A stretch of 64,000 bases of DNA, taken from Amphiscolops sp. MND2022. Lineage: Eukaryota. The first letter of the stretch is position 1. Each line of letters opens with the position of its first letter. Positions 1 to 11,887 of this stretch are shown here, one piece after another. The translations under genes were made by a program, and so were the position numbers. Location of the stretch: assembly GCA_964187785.1 (NCBI GenBank), contig OZ076413.1, positions 47,680,001 through 47,744,000 of the forward strand. The letters are read 5' to 3'. The notes below the pieces were generated by a model. That model did not search any database, had not been told where the DNA came from, and saw nothing but the letters and a program-made list of their open reading frames with translations.

Positions 1-17
1 ACTTTCCCTTCTTCTCG

Positions 18-3000
18 ATGCAATGGAAAACAGCTGACCATAAGTACTCCAATGTAATGGAACCTATCCTCAACCCCGAGGATATAACGATTCCGCCAAA
101 TGGACGTACAATCATCCCTATCCAATCTCACATTTATGCAGAAAACGCTGTCACTGGAATCTTACAACTCAGTGACCTTCTAAACGAAGAAAATGATATA
201 ACATTTTGTGCCGCCATAGTCACACTGGACGAAGGGACTACGAGGATCCATGTCAACAACTTCACAGACCAGCCCTTTAAACACAAAAAAGGGATGCACA
301 TAGCGAATTTCTCAGTGATGACTCCAGAGCAAATGAAACATGTTAGGCCAATAGACCCAGTGTCCACTTGGCACCTACTCAATGAAAATGAAGAAGATGC
401 TATTTATTATATCAGCAGCCTTCTCAAAGCCAACAGGAACAATGACCAATACGAACAATACTGGTTTCCAACACCCGAAAACCCAGGGGACGAAGAGTCC
501 CATACTCCAATACAAAAGAGAATTCTTAGAGAATTACGAAACCTGCAAGAAGCAGAAAAACTAAATCCACAAGACAATGAAGAATCTCGACAAAAATTCC
601 TCAGTAACTTTGACTGGAAGGACTCAATGCTACAACAGCATGAAATCAAACAGATAGAAGCGCTATTAGTCGAATTTCACGACATATTTGCCCGTCATGG
701 GTTTGACATTGGTATGAATGAGGAGTTCACGGTCAAATTGACCCCGAAGGACGACTCTCCTGCCTACAGCCAGAGCTTACCAACTCCGGTCAATTTAAAA
801 GAGGACATATTGGTCGAATTAGCGTCACTACACAAATATGGTATTATAACAACATTACCATTCTCAAAGTACGCTAGCCCTATCTTTGCACAAAAGAAGC
901 CTAATGGGAAACTGCGACTACTGGTAGACCTCCGGAAGATCAACAATCTCATTTCTGACGACTATATCAACAACAACCATCCAGTCAGCACCTTAACGGA
1001 CGCTGCACAACATATGGCCGGAAAGAAACTTTTCTGTAAGCTTGACTGTTCGCAAGCGTACCATTGCCTTCAAATGGCGGACCAACGGTCTATAGAGATG
1101 TTGGCCTTCAACTTTGCCAGCCGAACGTTTGCATATCGAAGATTGGCCCAAGGTCTCAGCAGTGCCTTATCGGCATTCTCCAGTTTTATGAGAGAATATT
1201 TGGACCGTGTCATCAAAGCCGATCAATGTGCCCAATACGTGGATGATATTGGCATCGCGGCCAACGACGCTGAGCATCTCATTAAAAATCTCAGAGCAAC
1301 TTTCGAATGCATCCGAGAGGCTGGATTGAAATTAACGATGCATAAATGCCACTTCGGAGCAACTGAGATTGATTTCTTAGGAAGGACAATCACCCCTGAG
1401 GGTGTCAAGCCCCAGAAGGAACGAGTCATACAATTCCTAGAAAAAACGAAATTCCCAAAATCCAAAAAAGCCTTACAACGTTACCTCGGATTCCTTAATT
1501 ATTATAGAAACTACATACCGAGGTTATCAGAAAAATTAGTCCCTTTCTTTCAACTATTAAAGAAGGACGAAAAGGTCTTAGTCACAACGGAATTGATTGA
1601 ACAATTCAACGAGATCAATAGAGATTTGGACAGATGCACCCAGCTAGCCCTGAGGCAGCCCTTGCCAAATCGACAGCTAGTCCTGATGACAGATGCTAGC
1701 TCCACAGCAGCCGGATATGCTATACTTACTGAAGATGATCCAAATCAGAAATTTACCTCAGTCAAGAAATCCTATGCGCCTATTGCATATGGTTCAAAAA
1801 CTTTTACTCCTTCACAGCTTAAAATGTCAATTTATGCGAAGGAATTTTTAGCCATCTATTACGCCTTCAAAGAATTTGGACATATATTCTGGGGCACACC
1901 TAAGCCGGTGATTATCCTCACAGACAACAAATCGGTCACAAGGTTCTTCCAGACTAAAATAATACCGCCGCCATTATGGAACGCGTGTGACTTTGTTATT
2001 CAGTTCAATTTCACTATAGCGCACATTCCAGGCAAAAACAACACAGCGGCGGACTACCTGTCCCGCATGGAAATGGACCCCACTGAAAAGTTAGTCCTAA
2101 AAATCCGAGCGGACGTTGAAACCCAACCTATTGAAGTTAATGTCCAATCAGCCGGCGTGTCTGAAGAAGAACAAGTGTTCTTTACAGAAGAAGACAATGA
2201 AACAGAAGAACAAATTTGGGAAAGGAAAAAACAATCAAAAGCAGGACTCAAGGTCGATGAGACCGTCATCCAAATCGATACCTTATCTGAAAATGTAGTA
2301 GATGAAATTACCAATTTCACTCAGAAACTACGCAGAACCAACCAAATACTACTAGAACAATCCAAAGATCCGATTTTGCTTCATTTAAAAGCAAAAATTC
2401 AAAATGAAGAATACTCTGAAGAAATCCTTCAGCAGGACATTCGGTATAAACATTATTTAAATAACTTAGACCGTATAGTCCTCAAGGACGAAATAGTGAC
2501 CCGACAGTATTACGACGAAACGGGACAAATCAAATACCACCAAATCTTACTGCCAAAGCACCTGTTGAAAGAACTACTGCAAGCAATACATGGCACGGCA
2601 CATCGACATCCAGGCATCTCTAAAATGCTGCAAGAGATCCGCCAAAAATACTACTACCCTGGCATAGCAAAATACGTTAAAAAATGGGTAGAAGGCTGCG
2701 AAACGTGCGCTAGAGACAAAAGAGTCCCAAATAATACAATTACACCAGAATTGTTAAACTTGCCCGAATGGGACCTTGGTCCAGAAGATGCCATGCAGAT
2801 AGACTTATTACCAAACTTACCGACTAGTGGCGGATACCAGACGGTGATGACGGCTATAGATGTATTCTCAAGATACTTATTCGCCTACCCGCTAATTGAG
2901 GCAACAGCCACGAATGTAGCCAAGGTGATAATTGATATCATGACGAAACATTCATATTTACCAACAACTCTCATCACAGACAAAGGGTCCGCATTTACAT

Positions 3001-4151
3001 CGACCATCATAGCTGAGATAACTCAAATTTTGGGTATAACACTCAAATGTGCTACTACAAAGCATCCGCAAACAATTGGCAAACTCGAAAGGACCCATGC
3101 CTCACTCAAAACAAATTTGAAAATGGCCTCAGGGGAATATCGACGCCAATGGCATAAATATTTACCATTAGCAGTACTCAACTACAATACCACATACCAC
3201 TCTAGTATTGGATGTGAACCGAATAAAGTCTTCCACGGCCGGATTCCCTATAACGTCCTAGACCACAAATTGGGAAATAACCCCAATAAAAATTTTCTGC
3301 CAACTACAGAATTTGCGGAGGAAGTACAGCAGAGGACACAAATCCTCATAGATCAAACAAAAAAGAACATAATGCAGTCTTATTTGAAATATAAGGACTA
3401 TTACGACCGAAAGGCAAAAGCTGCCCCGCTTAAAGAAAAGGATTATTGTTTTGTTCTACAACCTAAAGCGGACAGTCAGGGGTCAAAAATTCCATTCAAG
3501 GAATACAGGTGGATTGGACCATTCGTCATTCAAAAAGTACTGTCCAACGACAATTATATTGTCCGTCGTCTAAATACAAATAAAACCCAAATACTTCATC
3601 GCATTAGACTAAAGAAATTCGTACCGAACGCCCCCTTAGAGGACAAATATGATGGCGAAAAACTACAACCAGATAATGAGATAGTAATACCGCAAGACGA
3701 CTTGTACACTATCTCATGGCAAGTAGATTTTGAGTACGACTTATTTGAACCGAGAAAGGAAAATTGGACCGACGTGGCCACACGCCGGCCGACGGACGCC
3801 GAGTGCAGTAATGCGGACAATTACATCACCGAGAACGAACGCGCAAGCAATGAAAGTTACAACGAGCGCACGACAGAATATGACGTTACCGAGAACGAAA
3901 TATCCCCGAGAGAGAACAATAGCAGTGACGAACCGTCCCCGCCGAATGAAACGCCAAATGGGACTGAGAATGAAAATGACGTCACTAATGATTTAAAAGA
4001 TACGGAAAACGTTTCAAACACAGGCGCAGATATTACCGTGCCCGGAATATCGGAACGAGGAAATTCAAATGAAAATTCGAGCCCTAGAGGAGGGAAATAC
4101 AATCTTCGACCTAACCCAACCCCCAACTTTACTGATGAATACAGATACTAG
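18..4151 (+). CDS. pol: Gypsy Pol (dUTPase-like segment, RT, RNase H, integrase); 5' incomplete
   Basis: RT motifs LRLLVDLRKIN and QYVDD; RNase H LMTDAS...KEFLAI...LTDNKS; integrase H..H..CETC, IDLL/TDKG/ERTH (DDE); WIGPF (GPY/F); C-terminal YNLRPNP. Confidence 0.95.
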   Translation: MQWKTADHKYSNVMEPILNPEDITIPPNGRTIIPIQSHIYAENAVTGILQLSDLLNEENDITFCAAIVTLDEGTTRIHVNNFTDQPFKHKKGMHIANFSVMTPEQMKHVRPIDPVSTWHLLNENEEDAIYYISSLLKANRNNDQYEQYWFPTPENPGDEESHTPIQKRILRELRNLQEAEKLNPQDNEESRQKFLSNFDWKDSMLQQHEIKQIEALLVEFHDIFARHGFDIGMNEEFTVKLTPKDDSPAYSQSLPTPVNLKEDILVELASLHKYGIITTLPFSKYASPIFAQKKPNGKLRLLVDLRKINNLISDDYINNNHPVSTLTDAAQHMAGKKLFCKLDCSQAYHCLQMADQRSIEMLAFNFASRTFAYRRLAQGLSSALSAFSSFMREYLDRVIKADQCAQYVDDIGIAANDAEHLIKNLRATFECIREAGLKLTMHKCHFGATEIDFLGRTITPEGVKPQKERVIQFLEKTKFPKSKKALQRYLGFLNYYRNYIPRLSEKLVPFFQLLKKDEKVLVTTELIEQFNEINRDLDRCTQLALRQPLPNRQLVLMTDASSTAAGYAILTEDDPNQKFTSVKKSYAPIAYGSKTFTPSQLKMSIYAKEFLAIYYAFKEFGHIFWGTPKPVIILTDNKSVTRFFQTKIIPPPLWNACDFVIQFNFTIAHIPGKNNTAADYLSRMEMDPTEKLVLKIRADVETQPIEVNVQSAGVSEEEQVFFTEEDNETEEQIWERKKQSKAGLKVDETVIQIDTLSENVVDEITNFTQKLRRTNQILLEQSKDPILLHLKAKIQNEEYSEEILQQDIRYKHYLNNLDRIVLKDEIVTRQYYDETGQIKYHQILLPKHLLKELLQAIHGTAHRHPGISKMLQEIRQKYYYPGIAKYVKKWVEGCETCARDKRVPNNTITPELLNLPEWDLGPEDAMQIDLLPNLPTSGGYQTVMTAIDVFSRYLFAYPLIEATATNVAKVIIDIMTKHSYLPTTLITDKGSAFTSTIIAEITQILGITLKCATTKHPQTIGKLERTHASLKTNLKMASGEYRRQWHKYLPLAVLNYNTTYHSSIGCEPNKVFHGRIPYNVLDHKLGNNPNKNFLPTTEFAEEVQQRTQILIDQTKKNIMQSYLKYKDYYDRKAKAAPLKEKDYCFVLQPKADSQGSKIPFKEYRWIGPFVIQKVLSNDNYIVRRLNTNKTQILHRIRLKKFVPNAPLEDKYDGEKLQPDNEIVIPQDDLYTISWQVDFEYDLFEPRKENWTDVATRRPTDAECSNADNYITENERASNESYNERTTEYDVTENEISPRENNSSDEPSPPNETPNGTENENDVTNDLKDTENVSNTGADITVPGISERGNSNENSSPRGGKYNLRPNPTPNFTDEYRY

Positions 4152-4388
4152 CCAGAAAACTTGAATTACCAGTCCCTTTATTTCTCTACTAGTCCATGGG
4201 GACATTTATTTTTACTTGGGACTACTCTGACTAATCTTTTACTTTTTACTTGAAACATATATATACAACAAAACAGACTCAGTGGACAATAATACAAGGC
4301 CACGCAAATAAAGCAAAGAAAAAAGAAATAAATACAAAGCAGTTTACAACAATTACAGAGTCTAGAAACAAATGTAGTCTTTGTACAT

Positions 4389-7300
4389 TTAGGATTTAGA
4401 GGTACCGGGAGCGTTTACATCACCAGACTCAGTGGCCTCAGATCCGCTAGCGACCTTGAAACAAACTTTCTTGCCCTTATTGGGAGACTGTTTGCGTTGC
4501 TTCCTCCCTTCTTTGGATGAAGAATTTGAAGCGCACTCAGCGTCAGGTGGGACACTGCTGCCCAAAGCCTTGTAGACAGCAATCAAAGTTTTGTGAATGT
4601 TGGCCCTGTTGAAACTATCTACATGAGACCAGGGGTCCCCTGAGACATTCCCGCTACAAAACCGAAACTCCAGATCTTTGAAAGTACCCAAAGAAGCTTC
4701 TGTAGTACACACTGACACTGCACTAGCAACATTAGCGAGGTAAGACTGTGCGGGCATGATGACTTCGAACAGCCGACTTCGGGGTTCACTACAATCAACT
4801 CCGGGGAATTTGACAGCTGGGAGCTCTGGCAACTTAGTTGTAAGGCACAAACAACTCAATTGGAAGATGTGGAACAAATGTTTACGCATCTTCAGCCCAG
4901 GCATTTCTATCAGGGTGGCTACCATGTCAGTAAAGACCTCAGGGGTATCTTTGGCTCCGGAATTCAACTGGCGGAAGTACTCTAAAAAGTCAATGTACTC
5001 ATCGCGGACATCAGCCTCTGGGGAATTTTCCAACCATCCTCGCAGACTGAAGGATCGATACAATGCTGAAAAGCAATAGGTGGCTTGATCAAGAGGAAGA
5101 CACAAGAGGGCCATTGGGTCGAAACAACCCAAACCTCTGACAATACCTGCATTCAGACTGATATCCGACAAGAAGACTTTCAGAAGGTAGACGAGATAAT
5201 TGCGAGCTTTGGTAGCGAAATCGTCCCGGATGGCTTCAACTGCAATTTCTGTCTCCTCAGGTGTCAGCTGTTTTTCACTATGAATCTTCTTGACACGAGC
5301 GAGACAAGCCCCATCAAGATTCTCTTTCAGCTTTAAGCGAGTCAGGAAATCTCGGTTGGACAGTTGTCGCCAGTTCTGTCCTTGCATGTCGTCTAGGGCT
5401 TTCCAGTCTAAAATCTCTGGCACATGTCTAGGAAGTAGTGCCCGTGCTGCCAGCTTTCTGATGAAGGTGTGGAACTCGCGGAAGGTATAGAAGCCACTGT
5501 CCCTTCGTTGTGCGAATTGACTCTCGAAGCTCTTGGTATCTGAAATAAAAAATGCTCAATTGTCCTGGAGGGTACATATAACACCTGTGAACCCTCTATG
5601 ACAAATTTCTACTTGTGGATGCCTAACTCTGCCTACCGATGGAAAATTGAGACAATTCGGCCCAAAGACTGTACGAAGAGAACCCAATACTAACAATCAC
5701 GGACTATCCGAGCGAAGAATTCCAGTTTGATAGTGTAGAAATCGTCGGCTACGATTTCCCACTCAAGACTTTGTGGCTTGCTCTTCACTCCCTGATTCAT
5801 TTGAGGTGGCGCAATCTTTGTCAGGTATTGGTGAACGGACTTCCAGTTAGCAATCAGTTCGGAGCATATCGTTGGCACTGCAGCAATATCCAAATGGCAA
5901 GTTGTCATAGCCTACAAACAACATGAAAATTAGAATCAACCTATAACTGGACCTACAGGCGGTGAGACATTGACCTTACCCTGAAAAATTCCGGCATTAA
6001 GGCAGCCCAAGGTTGTCCACTGCAGCCATCCAAGAAGGTGATCAGAAACTTCAACTGGGAGAAGAAACTGATGGATCCAAACACGCTGCCCCAACGTTCA
6101 TGCATCATGCTCGGCAAGGACAGAGCATCAAATCTGAAGGGATATTCAATCCCTTCTGGAAGAAACAGGAACGCTCAAGAAGCGGGATCAGCTCTGCTGG
6201 GCACCCAGACACACTCACAATTTGTGGCTGTGCAGATATTGCAGACAAGAGTCGAGAGAGGGCTAGCAAGAAGCCCGCAGCAGGCTCTGAGGCAGTTCGA
6301 TAGCGCAGCAGCCGGACAACATTGAGGGACTCGCCTTTCCAGAAACGGATCGACACGAAGCTATAAGTACCTTGCGTCTCGAATTCCAAGGAGTACTGGC
6401 CTGTGGCATTGACCTGATACGCGATGTCAGAGATGCCACAGAGGAAGATGTGATGGAAGATCGTCTGAAACAAATTAGCATGGATGAAAATATACCCCGT
6501 CCATAATAGTCTGGAAAGACCTCGAGGTTGAAAATAGTTGATACTTACTGTCAATGTTGTGGAGCCCCAATTATAAGGGGAGAACAGACTCTGGTGGTTG
6601 GTCACAGTTCCAATTTGTGACCACAGTGACTCGAGGACGTGCAGATCTCCGCAGCGAGGAGCAAAGAGGGCGACCAAAGAGATCTGTACACACAGTCTGA
6701 TTTCCTCTTGCCCAGCAATGGAACCCAAACCAGCCATGTGGTCCTCGTAGAACGGATAACTGCATCCCATCTCAACTAAAGGGGCCTGCATGAAGAAGGG
6801 TTTCTCCCTCTCTAGTTCTAAGGGAGTAAGGATTTGGCCTTTCTTTCCCCTGACCTCATGGACGATTCGCCCAGTGACACTGTCCTTTTTCTTCAAATTC
6901 TCATATCTCCAGCGCTGATCCTTACGAAAGTGGGACTCACACTGGAAATGTCGGGTAATCTCTCGGGCGCCTTTTGGGAAAATTGACACATTGGCCTTAC
7001 AAATCTGACAATAAAACTTATGTTTATTGTGCTCAGGATCGAGCGGCCCAGTGACAAAGGTCCGAGTCCATTGAATTCCTTTGAAATATGCCTCCTTCAT
7101 TATTTTGCCACTTCGTCCTGGAACCCGACGACGCTTGCGTGGTGGACTGGAGGCGGAAGCTTGATCAGCAGTCAGGGTAGCCAACGGCTCATAGTCCGTG
7201 GAACAGAATCCTGGACTGGGGACTTGGTGGCTAATAGTGGGATCAGTAGTGCAGGGAGAATCTTGGCCAGGAGGACTTGGGGGAGGCACGATACTCAATT

Positions 7301-8324
7301 CCTTGCCGGTTCTCTGGGAGTTGATGACAAACTCATCTTCTGAACTGAGGGCTCCACTGGTGTACCCCTCGGTACCAATGTCACTATCCTGACCTTCTAA
7401 ACCAGGGCTATCGGACTTCTTTCGGAAGCACTTGATGCGTTGTTTGGCGGGACCCTGATGGGTACTTTGGGAACGACCCACACGAATTGCCTCATCTAAG
7501 ATGTTCTTCATTTGATGAAAACAAGAAGTGAGAGTCTCAGTGGACACAGCACGCAAAATAGAGTGCACCTGCCCCTGGTTGAAGGCTACTGTCACATGGC
7601 CCACTGGAAGGATACTCGGATTAGTCTCCGTGAAATGCTGATTGATGAGAGTACGCGCAGATGCAGACAAAGGCCGCGTGGGACTAAGGAGTTTTGGGGA
7701 CGTGACATCTGGCAACCCTGCAGAGGAGGTCAGTCCAGCCTCTTTAGGAACTTCTGACCCGGTGGCGCTCAAATTTTCCATGACGATTAGGAAAGGGGAT
7801 TCTTTAAGAGTTTCTGCTCCTGAACTGTCCTGCAATTCTTCGGCGTCGCTGGTATCAGTTTGAAAATAATCCACCTTGGTAGCGGAAATACCCGCCTCGC
7901 TGTGGACGTCAGTCATCGGATCGGCATATTCTTCAGCAGACCCTTTATTGCTGGTCTCACCCGTGACCTGTAGAATAGGGTCCGACTCAGAGACCTTCTC
8001 AGCAACAGTTGGGAGCGACTTGTTTACGATGGAAGATGTAGTAGGAGGCAGGAAGGAAATGCCGAGTCCACTGCCCTGGCAACCGAGAGTTTGCAGCTGG
8101 CGTTCGATATATGCAGAGATACTTTCGTCAGTGGATGGACTGGGCGTTGGGACGGTCGTAGCTGGATTATCGCCTGGCAGCTCAATGTGTTCGGACTCAA
8201 CGTCCCCGTGACCTGAGATGGCCTGACTAGCTGTTGCCTTTTCATGGCTTTGCGAGACCTCTTCTTCGATTTGCGGTTCTGTGGTAGTAGCAGGGACAGC
8301 TTCACTTTGCTCTTCTGACGACAT
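4389..8324 (-). CDS. Antisense spliced accessory gene of element A (~1200 aa; BED-like Zn finger + inactive hAT-transposase-like core); one 1-nt frameshift near 6150-6170
   Basis: Exons 8324-6549, 6464-5980, 5911-5695 and 5539-4389. GT-AG introns 6465-6548 (GTAAGT..TTTCAG), 5912-5979 (GTAAGG..TTGTAG), 5540-5694 (GTTAGT..TTTCAG). Phases are compatible except exon 2, which is 1 nt short. Motifs FYCQIC..RHFQCESH and PPRKRRR. Minus-strand AATAAA at 4205-4210. C-terminus homologous to ORF 63063..63893. Confidence 0.75.
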
Positions 8325-9196
8325 GTCTAAATAGAAAGAGATAAACTCAGGCGGATAACTTCCTGAAAAAGAGTCCATTACCGCGTTTAAAAATCTTCCG
8401 GAAGTAGATATTTTGAACTCGAGTGAATGCTTGAGTTATGGGACAGGAAGTACGTGAATGAAACGAGAGCCCTGATCAAGCCTCAGATTAATTCATTATC
8501 AAGATTAGAAGTGAAAATCCTAAATTGCTACTCACCTGACTGATTCTGGTAGAAGTGTGTCCTGTGTGCAAAACTGCTGATGGCACGTTGACTGGCTGTC
8601 TTAGAATTTGGAGACAGATGGAATTGTCAGCGGAAGCGTCGGTGAATCTGTTTAATGTCTGTGCAATAGTTGCCGCTTGGGGGGAGCAAATTCTTCTTCG
8701 GAAGAAGACGAGAATGGTGAATATGGCAGGAATTGCCGAAAGGGACTCAGTGTCGATGGTCCTGGGACGACCCAAGAAATCCACAAAAGACGTAAAGGAG
8801 AGAGATTACAAATGGAAACTTCAAACAAATACAAAGAAAATACTACTCAAAGACTAAAGACTAAAGATGGTTAAATACTGGACGATAATACAAGAAGAGT
8901 AATTCGAAGGAATTTGAAAGTAAAGAATTAAAAGGTGAATTGGCAATGTGACAAGATGTCAAAATTGGAGTTCGTGGCTGTAAAATTTGGTGTCAAATTT
9001 AGTTATTTACAATTCGTATTATTATGTGGATGGAGTCTGCCAGCAATATCTACATTCATTCATTTATTTCGAAACTTTGTTATTTTACAAATTATTTCAT
9101 GATTTTACCATGATTTTATTCATTTTCAAGGTCATTTATATTATTCCTTATATGGATCTACGGCCTTGGGGAGCCATTTTTATTCAGAGAGGGTTA

Positions 9197-11887
9197 TGCT
9201 GCAATCCTATTGGTTGATCAAAACTGCTGATAGACGGCGTAGCCGTCTGCCATATCTTCATCCTCTTGAAACCCTTAAGTGCTAGATGAGTGTTAATAAA
9301 CACTCAAAGTGACGCTCTTAATATGGAAGTGTTGATAGAGTTAATGTAAGTCAACAAAGCCTCGGTCGGCATTTTCAAAGAAGACTGAGCGGCTAGTTAA
9401 TCGACTCTAGAAAGAAGGAATTTTGTTATTGAAAATTTAGTCAGCAAGGAAGGGAGAAACCCCGGGAAACTGAAACGAAAACTCCCGCAAGTCGACAGAA
9501 GGGGAAACCGCCATTGTTTCAGTTTCACTTTTGAAAATCAGCAACTTCTCAAAACTCAAGATTTAAAACCTTTCAGTCAATTGTCCAAGATAGCTAAAAA
9601 ACTGATCATGGATAAATTCTTGTCAAGTCACTTCGACTGTGAGTCTCCTCAATATTACCCCGAGGACTTTCAGGGGGCAGCGCCCGGAGACGGAATAATA
9701 TACATATCATCGGACGACGACATGGAATGTGTCAGCAGCGCATCTGTTGACGACCTAGAAAGCCTGTCTGACGACGATGAGAAGGCCCTCCTGGCTCAAT
9801 GTGTGGAGAGACAGATGGAGCTTCCATCGACATCAGAAGCAATTCCCATCCCTTCCTCTGCCAATAAGCAGGAAGTGACACGCGCAGCGACTCCCAGACT
9901 AGCGTACGTCCCTGGGCCTATGTTCGATGCTGGCTATTTTGACTTGGGAATGGGCAGAGGGCCGATTGCGAGAGACCCGCGACTAAGGAATGACCACCCA
10001 ATCAATTTGTGTAGCCAGCTAATCCCTATGGTCGACACGCCTATGTCTCCCCCAGCCGTCGACAAATATCCGTCAGGCGACTGGAGAATAGCAGCGGAAG
10101 CCACTACTAGTAGCAAACAAGAACATGCCAACGGAATACACTTTAGGGGACCAAGTGGCGCAGATAACCCCTACATCTCAGGATGTACAGACTGCCTCGT
10201 CTGCGGAAAATCAGTCGAACAGATTGAAGACGAGGCAATCATCGACTACCTTCATAAAACAACCATCCAAGGAGAATCGGCCCTTCAATTCAACGCAAGA
10301 AGGCTAGCCTTCCTAGAAGGAATGAAGGTGGGATGTTTTATGCTCATTCCAGGGGGAGTGTCCCAGGCGTCCGCCTGTGATGGAAATCTCTATTCAATTA
10401 GTCACAACTACAAGAAGGCGCAGCCCAACACCCTCTCACTGAATTAAGTCTTACAAGCAAAACTATATTTGTTGCCTTAAAAGTCATGTAAAATCTTATA
10501 TTTTATTTTATACGATTTATACTAAGTAATCACAAGTAAAATTATAGTACAGGCGCTAATAATATGTATGTGAGTTAATTGGACACCAAGGCGTACAGGT
10601 AAAGGAAACGCGTTCAAATGTTTCCTCGCCTGTCGCCTTGGTCCGCGAGTCCGATTAACTCGTCAGCCAATCACAGTGCAGTATTATTTATCTTTATTTG
10701 CTGCTATACTATATCGGTAGATTAAAGGACTGGATGGCTATATGCCGCCAGTCAACAAAGCGGTAGTCCGCTCTAGTACATTGGACACTGAGTCCACTTT
10801 TGAATTAAAAGCGCTGTATAATTATTGGTACTGACTACATGATCACTAGTGTTTTGATTATTTATGAAATGTACTATTAGCCCCTAAGGGACTCATGAAC
10901 GATATTAGATATGTATTGTGGGTGCAATTCATATAATTCATGCAATAAGCGTTGCGTTGAAAAACATGTACAGTGTTCTATTTTATATTGTTGCTTGTCC
11001 TTATGGACTCACAGGCTTCCCGCCTACTCTAGCGGTCGGAAGGCCCTTTGATGTGTATAACGTCACGATGATGCTAGTTACTATTTATAGCGTTTGGCTA
11101 TATTTAGAAAGTCCTTATGGCTATTTTTAGAATATGATCATCATTTTATTGAGTGTCATGTAGATTCAAATATATATACCCGGGACTGGTGGTCCCGGGG
11201 ACAGAATTATCCTGATGATACTTTGATACGTTACTGTTGCGTTACTGTTGCGAATTGTTTATTAAAACTACCCGTTCATTTTCACTTTGCAAGCCCGAGA
11301 TATTAATTTAAATTCTTGCCTCTTGCAATAATCTCTTATGCCTTCTACTAGACGTCAAAAGGCCAAAGCTAGGAGATCTAGAGAAATGGACATGCTGTCC
11401 GACTACGATAACCTAGACGTGATGTTGGGAAATGAAAATAATAATCCCATTGAAAGAGAACTAGCCGAAGCGATAGATCAGTCGTCGGCCCACGGGGACG
11501 CTGATACAAACGTGTACCATGAAAATGAGTTTAGAGATTACTTACATGAAAATGAACCTTTGAGGCAAAATGAAGTCAGGCAATCCTTTGAGGCCTTTTC
11601 AAGTGAGTTTAATCTTAGATTGTCTCAAGAAATGGAATCTATGGTGTCAATAATGCATAGCCAAATAAATAGGGCTATAACAACAGCTATAGCTGAAAGA
11701 ATTATTCCAGAAATCCAGAATATTGCGAACTCGATGTCTTCTATGGGACACAGGGACACTGAGGCCAGTTCGTCCCCAAATAGTCAGGAGAACAGGGAAA
11801 GCGCACCCGGGCCTAAAATAAAAATTGCAAAGAAAGATTCAAGATCTGTAGGTGACTTAAGAGATACCATGGGTCATGGTTCTTACA
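9197..11887 (+). repeat. Putative 3' LTR of element A (~2.7 kb; left boundary uncertain)
   Basis: Purine run AGAGAGGG (9186-9193) then TG at 9197; ends TTACA at 11887. Alternative start TGTAAG near 9345. The partner LTR is outside the window. Confidence 0.5.
9608..10447 (+). CDS. Unknown ~280-aa protein in or near the U3 region of element A
   Basis: Uninterrupted ORF (track 9581..10447, first ATG 9608); acidic N-terminus with IIYISSDDD; CTDCLVC cysteine cluster. Confidence 0.55.
   Translation: MDKFLSSHFDCESPQYYPEDFQGAAPGDGIIYISSDDDMECVSSASVDDLESLSDDDEKALLAQCVERQMELPSTSEAIPIPSSANKQEVTRAATPRLAYVPGPMFDAGYFDLGMGRGPIARDPRLRNDHPINLCSQLIPMVDTPMSPPAVDKYPSGDWRIAAEATTSSKQEHANGIHFRGPSGADNPYISGCTDCLVCGKSVEQIEDEAIIDYLHKTTIQGESALQFNARRLAFLEGMKVGCFMLIPGGVSQASACDGNLYSISHNYKKAQPNTLSLN

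Larger units (their letters stand above)
1..11887 (+). mobile_element. Ty3/Gypsy LTR retrotransposon A; 5' part outside the window; pol + antisense gene + extra ORF + 3' LTR
   Basis: RT-RNaseH-IN order in ORF 18..4151. Right end ...GGTTCTTACA(11887) is homologous to the LTR/PBS junction of the related copy at 52297 (-). Confidence 0.85.

Noticed and set aside
4300..4335. Plus-strand AATAAA motifs after pol as an internal polyadenylation site
   Set aside because: They lie in an A-rich tract where such hexamers are expected by chance; not supportable without 3'-end data.
6105..8378. 757-aa ORF as a stand-alone gene or env
   Set aside because: It reads through an in-frame 84-nt intron and starts within a likely upstream intron; it is antisense and has no signal peptide or transmembrane segment.
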